Source: Verrucomicrobiota bacterium (GTDB lineage: Bacteria; Verrucomicrobiota; Kiritimatiellia; CAIQIC01). Taken from it: 64,000 nt of DNA. The stretch spans positions 25,410-89,409 of the forward strand of contig SCQF01000006.1 of assembly GCA_004321905.1 (NCBI GenBank), read 5' to 3'. The translations under genes were made by a program, and so were the position numbers. This document shows, one piece after another, positions 1 to 9,790 of the stretch. The notes beneath the pieces are model-generated. The model was not told where the DNA came from. It saw only the letters and a program-made list of their open reading frames with translations, and did no database searches. Each line of letters opens with the position of its first letter. Position 1 is the stretch's first letter.

Positions 1-756
1 TTCGGCATAACCGATGGCTTGGCGCGCGGTGGCGGAAAGCTGCGGGAATTTTTCACGCAAGCGACGGGCTTCGGCGAGCAATCCTTGTGCAAACATCAGT
101 TGCACTCTAGTCCGAATTCGTTCGGCAAGCAACGCCGGCGGGAGACGCAAACCGACGATCGTCCGGCTGACCGCTGACGGCTGACCGCTGACGGCTTCCT
201 CTTCCGAGGCTTGGAAATCGGAACCGTCGCTTTTTCCAAGGCTTGGAACTTCGCGCGCAAGCTCCAGCGCGCGGATCAAGCGGCGCGGATTTTGGCGGTC
301 GGATTCCGTCAGCGCGGCATAGCGCACGGGATCAAGTTGCTGCAATTTTTCTTGAAGTTCGGCGCGGCTCATTTTTACCGCCGTAGCGCGCCACGCGGGA
401 TCGGCGGCGGGCTGCGCCGTCAGCCCGGTCAGCAAACATTTGACGTAGAGGCCGGTGCCGCCGACGATGATGACCGGCTGGTCGGCGGCGCGCGCCGTAG
501 CGAGGAATCCCCGCGCGTGCTCGATCCACGCCGCAACGTGGAACTCTTCGTCCGGGTTGACCAAATCCAGACCGCCATAACGGATGTGGCCACGCTCGGC
601 GGCGGTCGGCTTGGCGGTGCCGATATCCAGGCCACGATAGACGAGCATGGAGTCGGCGGAGAGGATGACGGCGTTCAGTTCCCCGGCCAGTCGCTGGGCG
701 ACCGCGGTTTTGCCGGTAGCCGTCGCGCCGACGAGCATGAAAGCTTCATGTCGCGT
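1..756 (-). CDS. miaA: tRNA dimethylallyltransferase MiaA (partial; C-terminus beyond window edge)
   Basis: Manual minus-strand translation from the ATG at 754-756 gives MAATRHEAFMLVGATATGKTAVAQRLA...ILSADSMLVYRGLDIGTAKP..., with the P-loop and DSMxVYRGxDIGTAKP motifs of MiaA. The frame is open to position 1, so it is absent from the ORF track. It contains an in-frame palindromic element at 202-249. Confidence 0.8.
202..249. repeat. paired palindromic element (TTTCCAA-N4-TTGGAAA core), inside miaA CDS
   Basis: TTCCGAGGCTTGGAAA, 13-bp spacer, then TTTTTCCAAGGCTTGGAAC. In frame in miaA, where it encodes VPSLGKSDGSDFQASEE. Confidence 0.8.
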
Positions 757-1246
757 TGCCGCCATGGGAAGAAGTCTTGAGCGCCTGATCATTTAGCGGA
801 TGCCCGGCCACCCAAAGCGAGGACAGCACGTAGAGGAACACACCGACGCAGATCGCTGAATCCGCAACGTTGAAAACCGGAAAATGGTGACCGTGCCAGA
901 AAAAGTCGAGGAAGTCGGTCACGTAGCCGAGCTTGATGCGGTCGCAGACGTTGCCGAGGATGCCGCCGGCGAGCAGGCCGAGCGCGAGGCGGTGTTCCCA
1001 GCCATCGCTCAAAAATGCGCGGCGGAAAATCACCATCACCGCCAGCACCACCACGGAAAGCGCGGCGAGCCAGAGATTCTGCCCGCCCAACATGCTCCAC
1101 GCGGCACCGGTGTTGCGCAGATAGGTGAAGTGGAAAACCGATGCGATGATGGGCCGTGATTCGCCCAGCGCGAACACGTCGCGCACCCAGTGTTTGCTCG
1201 CCTGGTCGGCCACCGCAATCAGTAAAGCCCATAACCAGACGCGCAT
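746..1246 (-). CDS. lspA: lipoprotein signal peptidase II
   Basis: ORF 746..1444. The internal start MRVWLWALLIAVADQASKHWV...NTGAAWSM...FNVADSAI is LspA-typical; the upstream 66 aa are probably not translated. Confidence 0.8.
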   Translation of the reverse strand: MRVWLWALLIAVADQASKHWVRDVFALGESRPIIASVFHFTYLRNTGAAWSMLGGQNLWLAALSVVVLAVMVIFRRAFLSDGWEHRLALGLLAGGILGNVCDRIKLGYVTDFLDFFWHGHHFPVFNVADSAICVGVFLYVLSSLWVAGHPLNDQALKTSSHGGNAT

Positions 1247-1284
1247 ATTTTGCTTTCCTGCCGCTGTGTTCCGCCACAGCGGGA

Positions 1285-1899
1285 TCAGCTTTCGGACGTC
1301 TCCACCGCTTGGGAAATGGTTTTCCCGAACGGGCGATAGTGGGTCCGCCCGCGCTCGGCTTCGGACTGGCACTTGATGCACATCTTGGCGAACGGCTGGG
1401 CCTTGAGCCGCGGCATGGCGATCATCTCGCCGCAACGTTCGCACGCGCCGTAGACGCCCATTTCGATGCGCCGCATCGCGTCATCAATTTCGTAGAGCGC
1501 ATCTTGTTCGCTGCTGACCAGGTTCAGCGCGAATTCGCGGTCGAAATTATCCGTGCCGTGATCGGCCATGTGGAAGCTGTAACTGGAGAGATCGCCAGAA
1601 GATTCGCGCTGCGAGCGGTTCAGGTTGTCGCCGGCGAGAAAATTGATTTCGTCCACCACGCGGTCACGCAACTTCTGGAGATGCGCACGAAACTCCTTCA
1701 ACTCCGCCACCGGCCATTTGACCCGCTTGGGTTGCACCACTTCGTCGGCCGGCGTCACCTTGGGCTTCGCTACGCTCTTGGCCGGCGGCCGCGCCACGGC
1801 CTTGGTGCGTTTGGCGTGGGGCTTCGCCTGGGTCGCCGGTTTGGCGGCTTTTTTCACGGTCGTCTTGGCTTTTTTTGTGGCCATAAATCCACTCCTCAA
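1285..1899 (-). CDS. DksA/TraR family C4-type zinc-finger protein with Lys/Ala-rich N-terminal extension
   Basis: C-terminal CERCGEMIAMPRLKAQPFAKMCIKCQ zinc finger and a coiled-coil region. The N-terminal KKAKTTVKKAAKPATQAKP tail is low-complexity. Confidence 0.7.
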   Translation of the reverse strand: MRSGFMATKKAKTTVKKAAKPATQAKPHAKRTKAVARPPAKSVAKPKVTPADEVVQPKRVKWPVAELKEFRAHLQKLRDRVVDEINFLAGDNLNRSQRESSGDLSSYSFHMADHGTDNFDREFALNLVSSEQDALYEIDDAMRRIEMGVYGACERCGEMIAMPRLKAQPFAKMCIKCQSEAERGRTHYRPFGKTISQAVETSES

Positions 1900-2034
1900 A
1901 CCTTTTCGTCCGCCGCGCCATAGCTCGCCGAACGAAAAGAGCGGGGGCTTTTACCAGAACCCCCTTACCCTGTCAATGAAATCACAGCCACGCAAAATAA
2001 ATACCGGGAAAAGCGCCGGTTGGCTGCACCTGAG

Positions 2035-2295
2035 CTAGTGTGGGGGCTCAACGACCATCATGTGCGTACTGGCCGGCCGCACATGCTTTTTGTTCTGCTC
2101 CAGATAGTGCCGGACGGTGCGATACGACACCAAACCCAAGGCCAGCATGATGAATAAAATGACCACCGTCCAATGCAATACCGGATGCGGACGGGGCGGA
2201 TTGGTCTGCACCGGTGGTGTTTCCGTCCATTGAAACGTGATCTCCGGCTTGATCGGTTCGCCCTTTTCATCCAACAGGGCAACAAAGGATCCCAC
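2035..2295 (-). CDS. small hypothetical membrane protein
   Basis: 86-aa ORF downstream of pheS with one hydrophobic helix (WTVVILFIMLALGLVSY). No recognisable family. Confidence 0.25.
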   Translation of the reverse strand: MGSFVALLDEKGEPIKPEITFQWTETPPVQTNPPRPHPVLHWTVVILFIMLALGLVSYRTVRHYLEQNKKHVRPASTHMMVVEPPH

Positions 2296-2349
2296 TTTTT
2301 AATCTTTCGTTCCCAGCGCCCGACCTGCCCTCCGCTTGGTCCGCCGACC

Positions 2350-3360
2350 TCACGCAAACTGGGCCAGAAAACGTACATCATTCTCGTAGAGATTACGAAT
2401 GTCGCCGATGCCGAACAGGATCATCGCAATGCGCTCGACGCCCATGCCGAAGGCGTAGCCCTGCCACTCATTGGCGTCAATGCCGACGTGCTCAAAGACC
2501 CGCGGATTGACCAGCCCCGCTCCGGAAATCTCAATCCAGCCGCTTTGCTTGCAAACGCGACAACCTTTGTCGCCGCAGACGTGACACGAGAAATCATATT
2601 CCACGCTCGGCTCCGTGAACGGGAAAAAATGCGGGCGGAAGCGCACCTTGACGTCCGGCCCCATCATCTGCTTGGCGAAATAACTGACGTCGCCCTTGAG
2701 GTCGGCCAGCGAAACCTTGCGATCCACATACAGCCCTTCGACTTGATGGAAGCTGGCGCTGTGCGTCGCATCGGTCGTGTCGCGGCGATAGCAGCGACCG
2801 GGCGCGATGATGCGGATTGGCGGCTTTTGCGCGAGCATCGTTCGCACCTGCACCGGCGAGGTGTGCGTCCGTAAAATCGTGTTTTCCTTGAGATAAAACG
2901 TATCGGTCGGCGCGCGCGAAGGATGATCCTCCGGCGTATTCAGCGCCGTAAAATTGTTGAACACCGTCTCGATGTCCGGCCCGGACGCGACCGTGAAACC
3001 CATCGAGCGGAAAATCGCCGTCGCGCGTTCGATGACCTGCGTAATCGGATGCAGCGAGCCAAGCCCACGCCAGCGACCGGGCAAGGTGACATCGAAGGCG
3101 GAGGCGGAGGTACGCACCGCGGCGGACTCGAACGCAGCCTTGCGCGCATCGAGCGCGGCGGTGACTTCGTTTTTAAGCTCGTTGGCAAGCCGGCCCGCCT
3201 CGCGGCGCGCTTCGGGCGCGAGTGCGCCGAGGCTCTTCATGATCGCCGGCAACTGGCCGCTGCGACCCAGCCATTTGATACGGACGGCTTCCAGCGCCGC
3301 GGCATCGGCCGCGCTTTGCACGTCGTTCAACGCCTGTTTTTTTTGTTCGGCAATGTTCAT
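2350..3360 (-). CDS. pheS: phenylalanine--tRNA ligase alpha subunit
   Basis: 336 aa. Class II aaRS motifs (FRPHFFPFTEPS, GAGLVNPRV, GFAFGMGVERIAM). Confidence 0.9.
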   Translation of the reverse strand: MNIAEQKKQALNDVQSAADAAALEAVRIKWLGRSGQLPAIMKSLGALAPEARREAGRLANELKNEVTAALDARKAAFESAAVRTSASAFDVTLPGRWRGLGSLHPITQVIERATAIFRSMGFTVASGPDIETVFNNFTALNTPEDHPSRAPTDTFYLKENTILRTHTSPVQVRTMLAQKPPIRIIAPGRCYRRDTTDATHSASFHQVEGLYVDRKVSLADLKGDVSYFAKQMMGPDVKVRFRPHFFPFTEPSVEYDFSCHVCGDKGCRVCKQSGWIEISGAGLVNPRVFEHVGIDANEWQGYAFGMGVERIAMILFGIGDIRNLYENDVRFLAQFA

Positions 3361-3411
3361 TTTCCAAGCCTTGGAAAAACTGCACTTTCACTTTTCCAAT
3401 CATTGGAAAAG
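3360..3411. repeat. paired palindromic element, pheS 5-prime region
   Basis: TTTTCCAAGCCTTGGAAAAA, 12-bp spacer, then CTTTTCCAATCATTGGAAAAG. It overlaps the pheS start codon. Confidence 0.8.
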
Positions 3412-3443
3412 CCGGAAGTTTGTAACACGGCGCGGCGCGCTTG

Positions 3444-4265
3444 TCACGCGGGCTTCGGCGCGCCGTTGGTCAGTTTGAGCGCGAGACATTCGTAGAGGAC
3501 GCGGTCGGGGGCGTAGGCAATGGTGTGGCGCGTGAGCACGCGATAGCCGACAGCATCGGCCTGGCTTTGCCGGGCGAGTTGCGTGGGCAAGTCGGCGGCG
3601 GTTTCCAACGCCATGACCAATTCGCGATCCTGCGCAAGGATCAATGGCGACTTGCCGGGCACCATGAGAACGGAAAGCGGCATAATCTGTGCCGGCCAGG
3701 CGACGCCGGCAATCGGCGCGGTGGGCACGGCGGCGACGGCGGCCTGCTTGGCTTCGATGCGCACCATGCGCGCACGCGCTTCGGGCGTATCGGTTTCGAG
3801 CGCGGCGGAAATCACGTCGAGCAGGCGGATGCGGACTTCGTTGAGGTCTTTGGCTTGCTCGATTTGCGGCAAGCCGCCGGCTTTGCCGATCACGCGGGCG
3901 AGTGCGGAGATTTCCTTGAGGTAGGCGTTCTTCTGCGCATCAGGGATGTAATACATCACGACGAGACGAACGGGTAGATTGTCGGGCGCGCCGTAGTCAA
4001 TGCCGGTGGGACTCCAGCCAACGGCACAGAGGAGCTCGCCTTCGGCGGCGGTGCGCGCATGCGGACAGGCCCAGCCCATCCCGAGCGCGGTGTTCGCGGC
4101 GCGCTCGCGCGCGAGCACGGACTCGACCACCTGCGTGCCGGCCTTGAGGCCAGGGATGGCTTCGATCAGGCTGCCAAGAATTTGCAGCGCCTTGTCCTTA
4201 TTATTCTCCGGCAGTTCGATCAACCGGCCTTCTTCCAGCGCAGACAACAGGGTCTTCATGGTCAA
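3444..4265 (-). CDS. PTS EIIA type-2 (PtsN-like) domain protein with C-terminal extension
   Basis: The N-terminal ~150 aa has an EIIA-2-like layout with a GMGWACPHAR active-site-like His. The C-terminal ~120 aa is unassigned. Confidence 0.5.
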   Translation of the reverse strand: MTMKTLLSALEEGRLIELPENNKDKALQILGSLIEAIPGLKAGTQVVESVLARERAANTALGMGWACPHARTAAEGELLCAVGWSPTGIDYGAPDNLPVRLVVMYYIPDAQKNAYLKEISALARVIGKAGGLPQIEQAKDLNEVRIRLLDVISAALETDTPEARARMVRIEAKQAAVAAVPTAPIAGVAWPAQIMPLSVLMVPGKSPLILAQDRELVMALETAADLPTQLARQSQADAVGYRVLTRHTIAYAPDRVLYECLALKLTNGAPKPA

Positions 4266-6925
4266 TCAACTCCGTAACGGTTATGAAACCAGACTTTGAC
4301 GAAGTGCGTCAACACCGCATAGGCCAGCAGGAAACCGGCGAGCCAGGCCCAGTAGATCGCGGGTAGCCGTACGAAACCGAAGAAATGGGCAAACGGCGAA
4401 TAGGGCAGCCACGCGCCGACGGCCATGACGACCAGCGTCGTGAGCAGCATACCACCGCTCGGCCGACTCTGGAAAAATGGGATTTTGCGGGTGCGAATGA
4501 TATAGACGATCATCGTTTGCGTCAGCAACGACTCGACGAACCAGCCGGTATGGAAAAGTTGCTCGTAGTGGTTTTTCATCACCTCGGTTGTGCCGGGCGC
4601 GGAAAACAATTTGCAGTTGAAGAAATAGAGCATGAGGAAAAACGTGGCGTAGTCGAAGATCGAGCTCATCGGCCCGATGAACATCATGAATTTTTTGATG
4701 TTGCCGATGTTCCACTTGCGCGGCTGCTGGAGGAATTCGTCATCCACCCGGTCGGATGGAATGCCGGCCTGCGAAAAATCATAAAGCAGGTTGTTCACCA
4801 AAATCTGGATCGAGGACATCGGCAAAAACGGCAGGAAATAGCTGCCGCCGACCACGCTGAACATGTTGCCGAAGTTCGAACTGGCACCCATGCGGATATA
4901 TTTAATGATATTGCTGAAGACGCGCCGGCCTTCGATGATGCCATCTTCGAGCACGAGCAGATTTTTTTCCAGTAGGATGATATCCGCCGATTCCTTGGCG
5001 ACGTCCACCGCCGAATCCACCGAGATGCCGACGTCGGCGGTTTTGAGCGACGGCGCGTCGTTGATGCCGTCGCCGAGGAAACCGACCACGTGGCCGCGCC
5101 GCTGGAGCGCCTGAATGAGGTCATCCTTTTGCGCCGGCGAAAGACGCGCAAAAACCGAATGCCGCTCGGCCAAATCTTCCAGTTTCGCGCGATCCAAACC
5201 CGCCAACTGATCGCCGGTGACGATTTCGCCAACATCCAAACCGACATCGCGGCAAACCTTGCGCGTGACGAGCGCGTTGTCGCCGGTGAGCACTTTGACG
5301 CCGACGCCGCTCTTGTGCAGCAGTTGAATCGCGCGCGCGGTCGAATCCTTCGGCGGATCGAAAAACGCAATATAGCCGAGCAAAATCATCTGATTTTCGT
5401 CGGCGACGGAGAAAACTTTTTTGTCCTTGGGAAATTCCTTGTAGGCAATGGCCAGCACGCGATAACCATCGGCGCTCAACGACTCGAATTCCTCCATCAG
5501 GTCGTTTTTGATCACGTCGATCAGCGGATTGATTTCCTCGTCCACCTGATAGCGGTCGCACGTCCGATAGACTTCCTCCACCGCGCCCTTGCAGATCAAG
5601 ACGTGCGCGTCTTCGTAGTCAATCACCACGGACATCCGTCGCCGCTGAAAATCGAATGGAATCTCGTCCACCTTCGGGCAACTGCGCTCCACATCGAGGT
5701 CGGAATGCGCCAAAATCGCGCGGTCGAGCAGATTACGCAGACCGGTCTGATAATAGCTGTTCATGTAGGCATAGCGCAGCACGTCCTCGCTCTGCCGGCT
5801 GGTCACATCCACGTATTTTTCCAGCACTACGCGATCCTGCGTCAGCGTACCGGTTTTGTCGGAACACAAAATATCCATCGCGCCGAAGTTCTGGATCGCG
5901 TTGAGCCGCTTGACGATCACCTTCTTGCGGCTCATCGCCAGCGCGCCCTTGGAAAGATTCACCGTGACGATCATCGGCAGCATTTCCGGCGTCAGCCCCA
6001 CCGCCACCGAGAGCGCGAACAACAGCGCCTCCATCCAATTTCCCTTGGTCCCCCCAACAATCAAGAACACCAAGCTGACCATTCCGACCATGGTGTAGAT
6101 CATTAACCACGTGAAACCAGCGATACCGCGATCAAAACTGGTCTGAACTTGCTGACCAGAAAGCCGCGCCGAAATTGCACCGAAATAGGTCCGCGCGCCA
6201 GTCAGCACCACCACCCCGCGCGCCGACCCGCTCAAGACGTTGCTGCCTTGGAAACACGCATTGGGCAACTCAATCGTGCCGCGACCCGCCGTCGCGCACG
6301 GCTCGGCATTTTTTTCCACCGGCATGGATTCACCGGTCAGCGCCGCCTGGCTAACGAAAAAATCTTTCGTGGAAATCAACCGTAAATCCGCCGGAATGAT
6401 CGAGCCGGCGTGCAGCACGACGACGTCGCCCGGCACCAGCTCGGCAAAACTGATTTCGGTCTCGACGCCATCGCGGATCACCACCACGGTCGTCTGCACC
6501 AGCTCGCGCAATTTTTCCACCGCGCGATTCGAGCGGCTCTCCTGCACCTGCGCCAGCACCACACTCAAGAACACCATCACGCCGACGACCACCGCCGAGC
6601 GCACATCGCCCATCGCCAGCGCCACCATGGTGATGACCAGCAGTTGAATCACCAACGGATTACGGAAGCGGCGCAGCAATTCCATCACCGTGCCGGTGTG
6701 CTTTTTGACGCCGATTTCGTTCGGACCATATTCTTCCCGGCGCTCCGCCACCTCGCCCGCGCCCAGCCCGCGCTCGGTCGTCGTCATCCGCGACAGCGCT
6801 TCGGCGACCGGCGCCGCACACACTTCGGCGAGCCGCTGCTCGTGCTCGGAAACGGCGCGCGCGGGGGCCTTCGCTTCCTTGACGATCAACGCCGGCGAAA
6901 TTTTTTGGAACAACGATTTCAGCAT
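4262..6925 (-). CDS. mgtA: Mg2+-importing P-type ATPase
   Basis: 887 aa. DKTGTLT phosphorylation site, TGDN, GDGINDAPSL, and the 10-TM topology of MgtA/MgtB. Confidence 0.85.
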   Translation of the reverse strand: MLKSLFQKISPALIVKEAKAPARAVSEHEQRLAEVCAAPVAEALSRMTTTERGLGAGEVAERREEYGPNEIGVKKHTGTVMELLRRFRNPLVIQLLVITMVALAMGDVRSAVVVGVMVFLSVVLAQVQESRSNRAVEKLRELVQTTVVVIRDGVETEISFAELVPGDVVVLHAGSIIPADLRLISTKDFFVSQAALTGESMPVEKNAEPCATAGRGTIELPNACFQGSNVLSGSARGVVVLTGARTYFGAISARLSGQQVQTSFDRGIAGFTWLMIYTMVGMVSLVFLIVGGTKGNWMEALLFALSVAVGLTPEMLPMIVTVNLSKGALAMSRKKVIVKRLNAIQNFGAMDILCSDKTGTLTQDRVVLEKYVDVTSRQSEDVLRYAYMNSYYQTGLRNLLDRAILAHSDLDVERSCPKVDEIPFDFQRRRMSVVIDYEDAHVLICKGAVEEVYRTCDRYQVDEEINPLIDVIKNDLMEEFESLSADGYRVLAIAYKEFPKDKKVFSVADENQMILLGYIAFFDPPKDSTARAIQLLHKSGVGVKVLTGDNALVTRKVCRDVGLDVGEIVTGDQLAGLDRAKLEDLAERHSVFARLSPAQKDDLIQALQRRGHVVGFLGDGINDAPSLKTADVGISVDSAVDVAKESADIILLEKNLLVLEDGIIEGRRVFSNIIKYIRMGASSNFGNMFSVVGGSYFLPFLPMSSIQILVNNLLYDFSQAGIPSDRVDDEFLQQPRKWNIGNIKKFMMFIGPMSSIFDYATFFLMLYFFNCKLFSAPGTTEVMKNHYEQLFHTGWFVESLLTQTMIVYIIRTRKIPFFQSRPSGGMLLTTLVVMAVGAWLPYSPFAHFFGFVRLPAIYWAWLAGFLLAYAVLTHFVKVWFHNRYGVD

Positions 6926-7007
6926 GTCGGAATTCCTGACTGGCTGGCCGCGACTATAAGTCGCGCCCCACGGGTTTGCACATTATTTTTTCGTGAAGGC
7001 CACACGA

Positions 7008-7057
7008 TTTTCCAAGGCTTGGAAAAATCAGCGTTTTACTTTTCCAAGCCTCGAAAA
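7008..7057. repeat. paired palindromic element, mgtA leader
   Basis: TTTTCCAAGGCTTGGAAAAA, 11-bp spacer, then CTTTTCCAAGCCTCGAAAA. Confidence 0.8.
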
Positions 7058-7269
7058 TCAAAGCCCGCCGGCGGCGCTATGCGGCGTAAATTCGACCGTC
7101 AGACAAAAAAACCATCCCACACGGATTGCAACAGCTTCATCGCGACGCCCTTTCTTCAAAATTCCCGCCCACCGGCAGCCAAGACCGCTTCCGCTTATCA
7201 CTACGCGCAGCGTACCGGGAAAGCGCTAGTGCATCCGTGCTTTTTTTTTTGGGGGGGGGTCGTGCGGCG

Positions 7270-7345
7270 TGGCGCCCCTAACCGGATTCGAACCGATGTT
7301 CCCAGGATGAGAACCTGGTGTCCTAGGCCTCTAGACGATAAGGGC
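7270..7345 (-). tRNA. tRNA-Glu (anticodon CUC)
   Basis: Minus-strand sequence GCCCTTATCGTCTAGAGGCCTAGGACACCAGGTTCTCATCCTGGGAACATCGGTTCGAATCCGGTTAGGGGCGCCA folds as a cloverleaf. Acceptor stem GCCCTTA/TAGGGGC, anticodon stem CCAGG/CCTGG, loop TTCTCAT, T-loop GGTTCGAATCC, encoded CCA. Confidence 0.75.
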
Positions 7346-7405
7346 GTAAAAGCCGGGGCGCAAAATAGCGGCTCATCTGCATCGCGTCAATGGCGAAGTG
7401 CGCGC

Positions 7406-7458
7406 GTTTCCAAGCCTTGGAAAACCCGGCGCGCACTTTTTCCAAGGCTTGGAAAAAC
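7406..7458. repeat. paired palindromic element, upstream of priA
   Basis: GTTTCCAAGCCTTGGAAAAC, 10-bp spacer, then CTTTTTCCAAGGCTTGGAAAAAC. Confidence 0.8.
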
Positions 7459-7502
7459 TCCGCAGGATTGACGCCACGCGGTGCGCCCTGCATCCTCCCC
7501 GC

Positions 7503-9722
7503 ATGGCCGAGTTTGCCAGAGTCATCGTCGAGGTCGCGCGCAACCGGGAGTTCGATTACCGGATACCCGCAGCCTTGCGTGACGCGGTCCACATCGGCTC
7601 GCAGGTGATCGTGCCGTTCGGCAAAAGCGAGGCGCGTGGTTACGTGGTCGCGCTGCCGACGGTCGTCACACGCACAGGGCTGAAAGAAATCCGCGATGCC
7701 GCCGGACGTAAAGCGGTCGTCAGCGAGACGATGCTCAAGCTCGCGCGCTGGATGGCCGACTATTATCTCGCGCCCTACGAAATCGCCGTGCGCACCGTCT
7801 TGCCGAGCGCCGTGCGCAAAAAGGGTGCGGCGTTCGTCGAACGGTTGCAAGTGGTGGTGACGGAAAAAAGTCGCGATCCCGCGGCGGTGCTGGAGTTGCA
7901 CAAGCGCGCACCGAAGCAGGCGGCGGCGCTCGATGTGTTGCTGGGCGGCGGCCCCGCGTTTATGAGCCACCTCGCGCAATCGGCACAGACCACGCCCGCC
8001 GCCATTCGCGGGCTGGAAGCCAAAGGTTTCGTCCAGATCATCAAGGAGAAGATGACGCGCGATCCCATGGCGAACCAGACGATCCTGCGGACCGAAGCAC
8101 CGCCGCTGATGCCGCAGCAGGAGGACGCGCTCAAGATCGTCCGGCAGTCCATTGAAACGCTGACGCCACCGGTCGTACTGCTGTTCGGCGTCACCGGCAG
8201 CGGCAAGACCGAGGTTTATTTGCAGGCGATCAAGCATGTGCTGGCGCGCGGGCAGGGCGCGATCGTGCTGGTGCCGGAGATCGCGCTGACGCCGCAAACC
8301 ATTGAACGCTTCCGCGGACGCTTTGGCGATGATGTGGCGGTATTGCACAGCCGCCTCTCGCAGGGCGAGCGCCACGACGAATGGCATCGCATCCACGACG
8401 GCGTCGCACGCATCGTCGTCGGCCCACGTTCCGCCGTGTTCGCGCCGGTACACAACCTTGGCCTGATCGTCGTAGATGAGGAACACGAGCCTTCCTACAA
8501 ACAGGAGGAAGCGCCGCGCTATAATGCACGCGACGTTGCCGTGGTGCGCGGCAAACTGGAGAAGTGCGCGGTCGTGCTCGGCTCGGCGACGCCCGCGTTG
8601 GAGTCGTTCGCCAACGTGCGGCGCGGCAAATATGCGCTGGCGGAGATGCTCGTGCGCGTGGATCACCGCCAGATGCCGGTGGTGCGCGTGGTGGATATGC
8701 GCATCGAGGCCGAGCGCGAGGGGCGCGTCAACGTCTTCTCGCGCGACCTGATCGAGGCGATCCGTACGCGCATCGAGCGCGCGGAACAGACGATGCTGTT
8801 TCTCAATCGGCGCGGCTACGCCTCACAACTGATTTGCCCGAAGTGCGGCTATGTGGCGCAGTGTCGCTCGTGTAGCGTCGCACTGACCTATCACAAGTCC
8901 ACCGACGAATTGCTTTGCCACATCTGCGGCGCGCGCCAGCGCGTACCGGAACGCTGCCCCGCACCCAAGTGCGGCGACCCGGCGTTCAAGTACGCGGGGC
9001 TTGGCACGCAGCGCGTCGAGACCATTCTGAACAAGCTCTTCCCCATCGCGCGCGTCACGCGGATGGATTCGGACACGACCACGCAGAAAGGCTCACATCG
9101 CCGGATTCTGAGCGACTTTCGCGGTGGTAAAATTGATGTGCTGATCGGCACACAGATGATCGCGAAGGGCCTCGATTTTCCGAACGTCACGCTGGTCGGC
9201 GTCGTTTTCGCCGATATGAGCCTGCACAAGCCGGACTTCCGTGCCTCCGAGCGCACGTTCCAACTGCTGACGCAGGTCGCGGGCCGCGCCGGGCGCGGCG
9301 ATTTGAAAGGCGAGGTGATTGTGCAAACCTTCACGCCGTATCATCCGGCGATCCAAGCCGCACGGCGGCTCGACTACACCGGCTTCATGGATCAAGAACT
9401 CGAAGGGCGCCGCGAGTTGAGTTACCCGCCGTTCACGCACCTCGTCGTGCTGACGCTGAAAGGTGCGTCGGAGCAGCGCATTCAATTCGCAGGCGAACAG
9501 TTTGTGAAGCAACTCCAGCCACGGCTTGGCCCGCAAGTGATGCTGACCGGGCCGATGCCTGCGCCGCTCGCCCGCGCCAAAGGCCTCTACCGCTACCAGC
9601 TTCTCCTGCGCGCGCCACTGACCAAGCAGATCACTGACCCGCTGCGGCAAGTGTTGGTGGAATTCAAATGGCCCAATGACATCGAATGCAGCGTGGATGT
9701 GGATGCGCTGCAAATGCTTTGA
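7503..9722 (+). CDS. priA: primosomal protein N' (replication restart helicase)
   Basis: Walker A GVTGSGKT, DEEH, and a Cys4 zinc-binding region (CPKCG...CRSC...CHICG...CPAPKCG). The track ORF starts at 7398 only because it reads through the repeat element; the likely start is MAEFARV at 7503. Confidence 0.85.
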   Translation: MAEFARVIVEVARNREFDYRIPAALRDAVHIGSQVIVPFGKSEARGYVVALPTVVTRTGLKEIRDAAGRKAVVSETMLKLARWMADYYLAPYEIAVRTVLPSAVRKKGAAFVERLQVVVTEKSRDPAAVLELHKRAPKQAAALDVLLGGGPAFMSHLAQSAQTTPAAIRGLEAKGFVQIIKEKMTRDPMANQTILRTEAPPLMPQQEDALKIVRQSIETLTPPVVLLFGVTGSGKTEVYLQAIKHVLARGQGAIVLVPEIALTPQTIERFRGRFGDDVAVLHSRLSQGERHDEWHRIHDGVARIVVGPRSAVFAPVHNLGLIVVDEEHEPSYKQEEAPRYNARDVAVVRGKLEKCAVVLGSATPALESFANVRRGKYALAEMLVRVDHRQMPVVRVVDMRIEAEREGRVNVFSRDLIEAIRTRIERAEQTMLFLNRRGYASQLICPKCGYVAQCRSCSVALTYHKSTDELLCHICGARQRVPERCPAPKCGDPAFKYAGLGTQRVETILNKLFPIARVTRMDSDTTTQKGSHRRILSDFRGGKIDVLIGTQMIAKGLDFPNVTLVGVVFADMSLHKPDFRASERTFQLLTQVAGRAGRGDLKGEVIVQTFTPYHPAIQAARRLDYTGFMDQELEGRRELSYPPFTHLVVLTLKGASEQRIQFAGEQFVKQLQPRLGPQVMLTGPMPAPLARAKGLYRYQLLLRAPLTKQITDPLRQVLVEFKWPNDIECSVDVDALQML

Positions 9723-9790
9723 AAGGAACAGCCACAAAGAAGCACAAGAAACACAAACCTGTGAAGGTTGCGCCCCTTTGCGGCTAAAAA

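Noticed and set aside
159-187. 14-bp direct duplication ctgaccgctgacgg x2 next to the element inside miaA
   Set aside because: Both copies lie on the same side of the element, so it is not a target-site duplication. It looks like a simple in-frame microduplication (SGQPSAVS).
211-780. 189-aa plus-strand ORF beginning MEIGTVAFSKAWNF...
   Set aside because: It lies antisense to a clean MiaA reading frame, and its N-terminus is just a translation of the palindromic element (FSKAWN). It has no domain-like features.
6993-7229. Short ORFs whose products contain FSKAWK / FQGLEK / PSLGK (e.g. 6993-7229, 7390-7608, 12374-12691, 22479-22730, 25779-26033, 32690-33388, 38290-39171, 42276-42764, 45068-45502, 47930-48301, 51136-51330)
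   Set aside because: They are generated by reading through the intergenic palindromic element, and their frames do not continue into recognisable proteins. An exception was made where the element is embedded in a genuine long frame (miaA, mutY, hydF, pheT, AspA-like, MTHFS).
7323-8666. 447-aa minus-strand ORF and other long antisense ORFs (1156-1923, 5090-6106, 33398-34771, 35745-36761, 14069-14890, 20321-21208)
   Set aside because: Each lies opposite a confidently identified gene (priA, dksA-like, mgtA, rarA, pheT, gcvPB, DUF4340 gene). These are high-GC antisense open frames with Arg/Ala/Gly/His-rich low-complexity translations.
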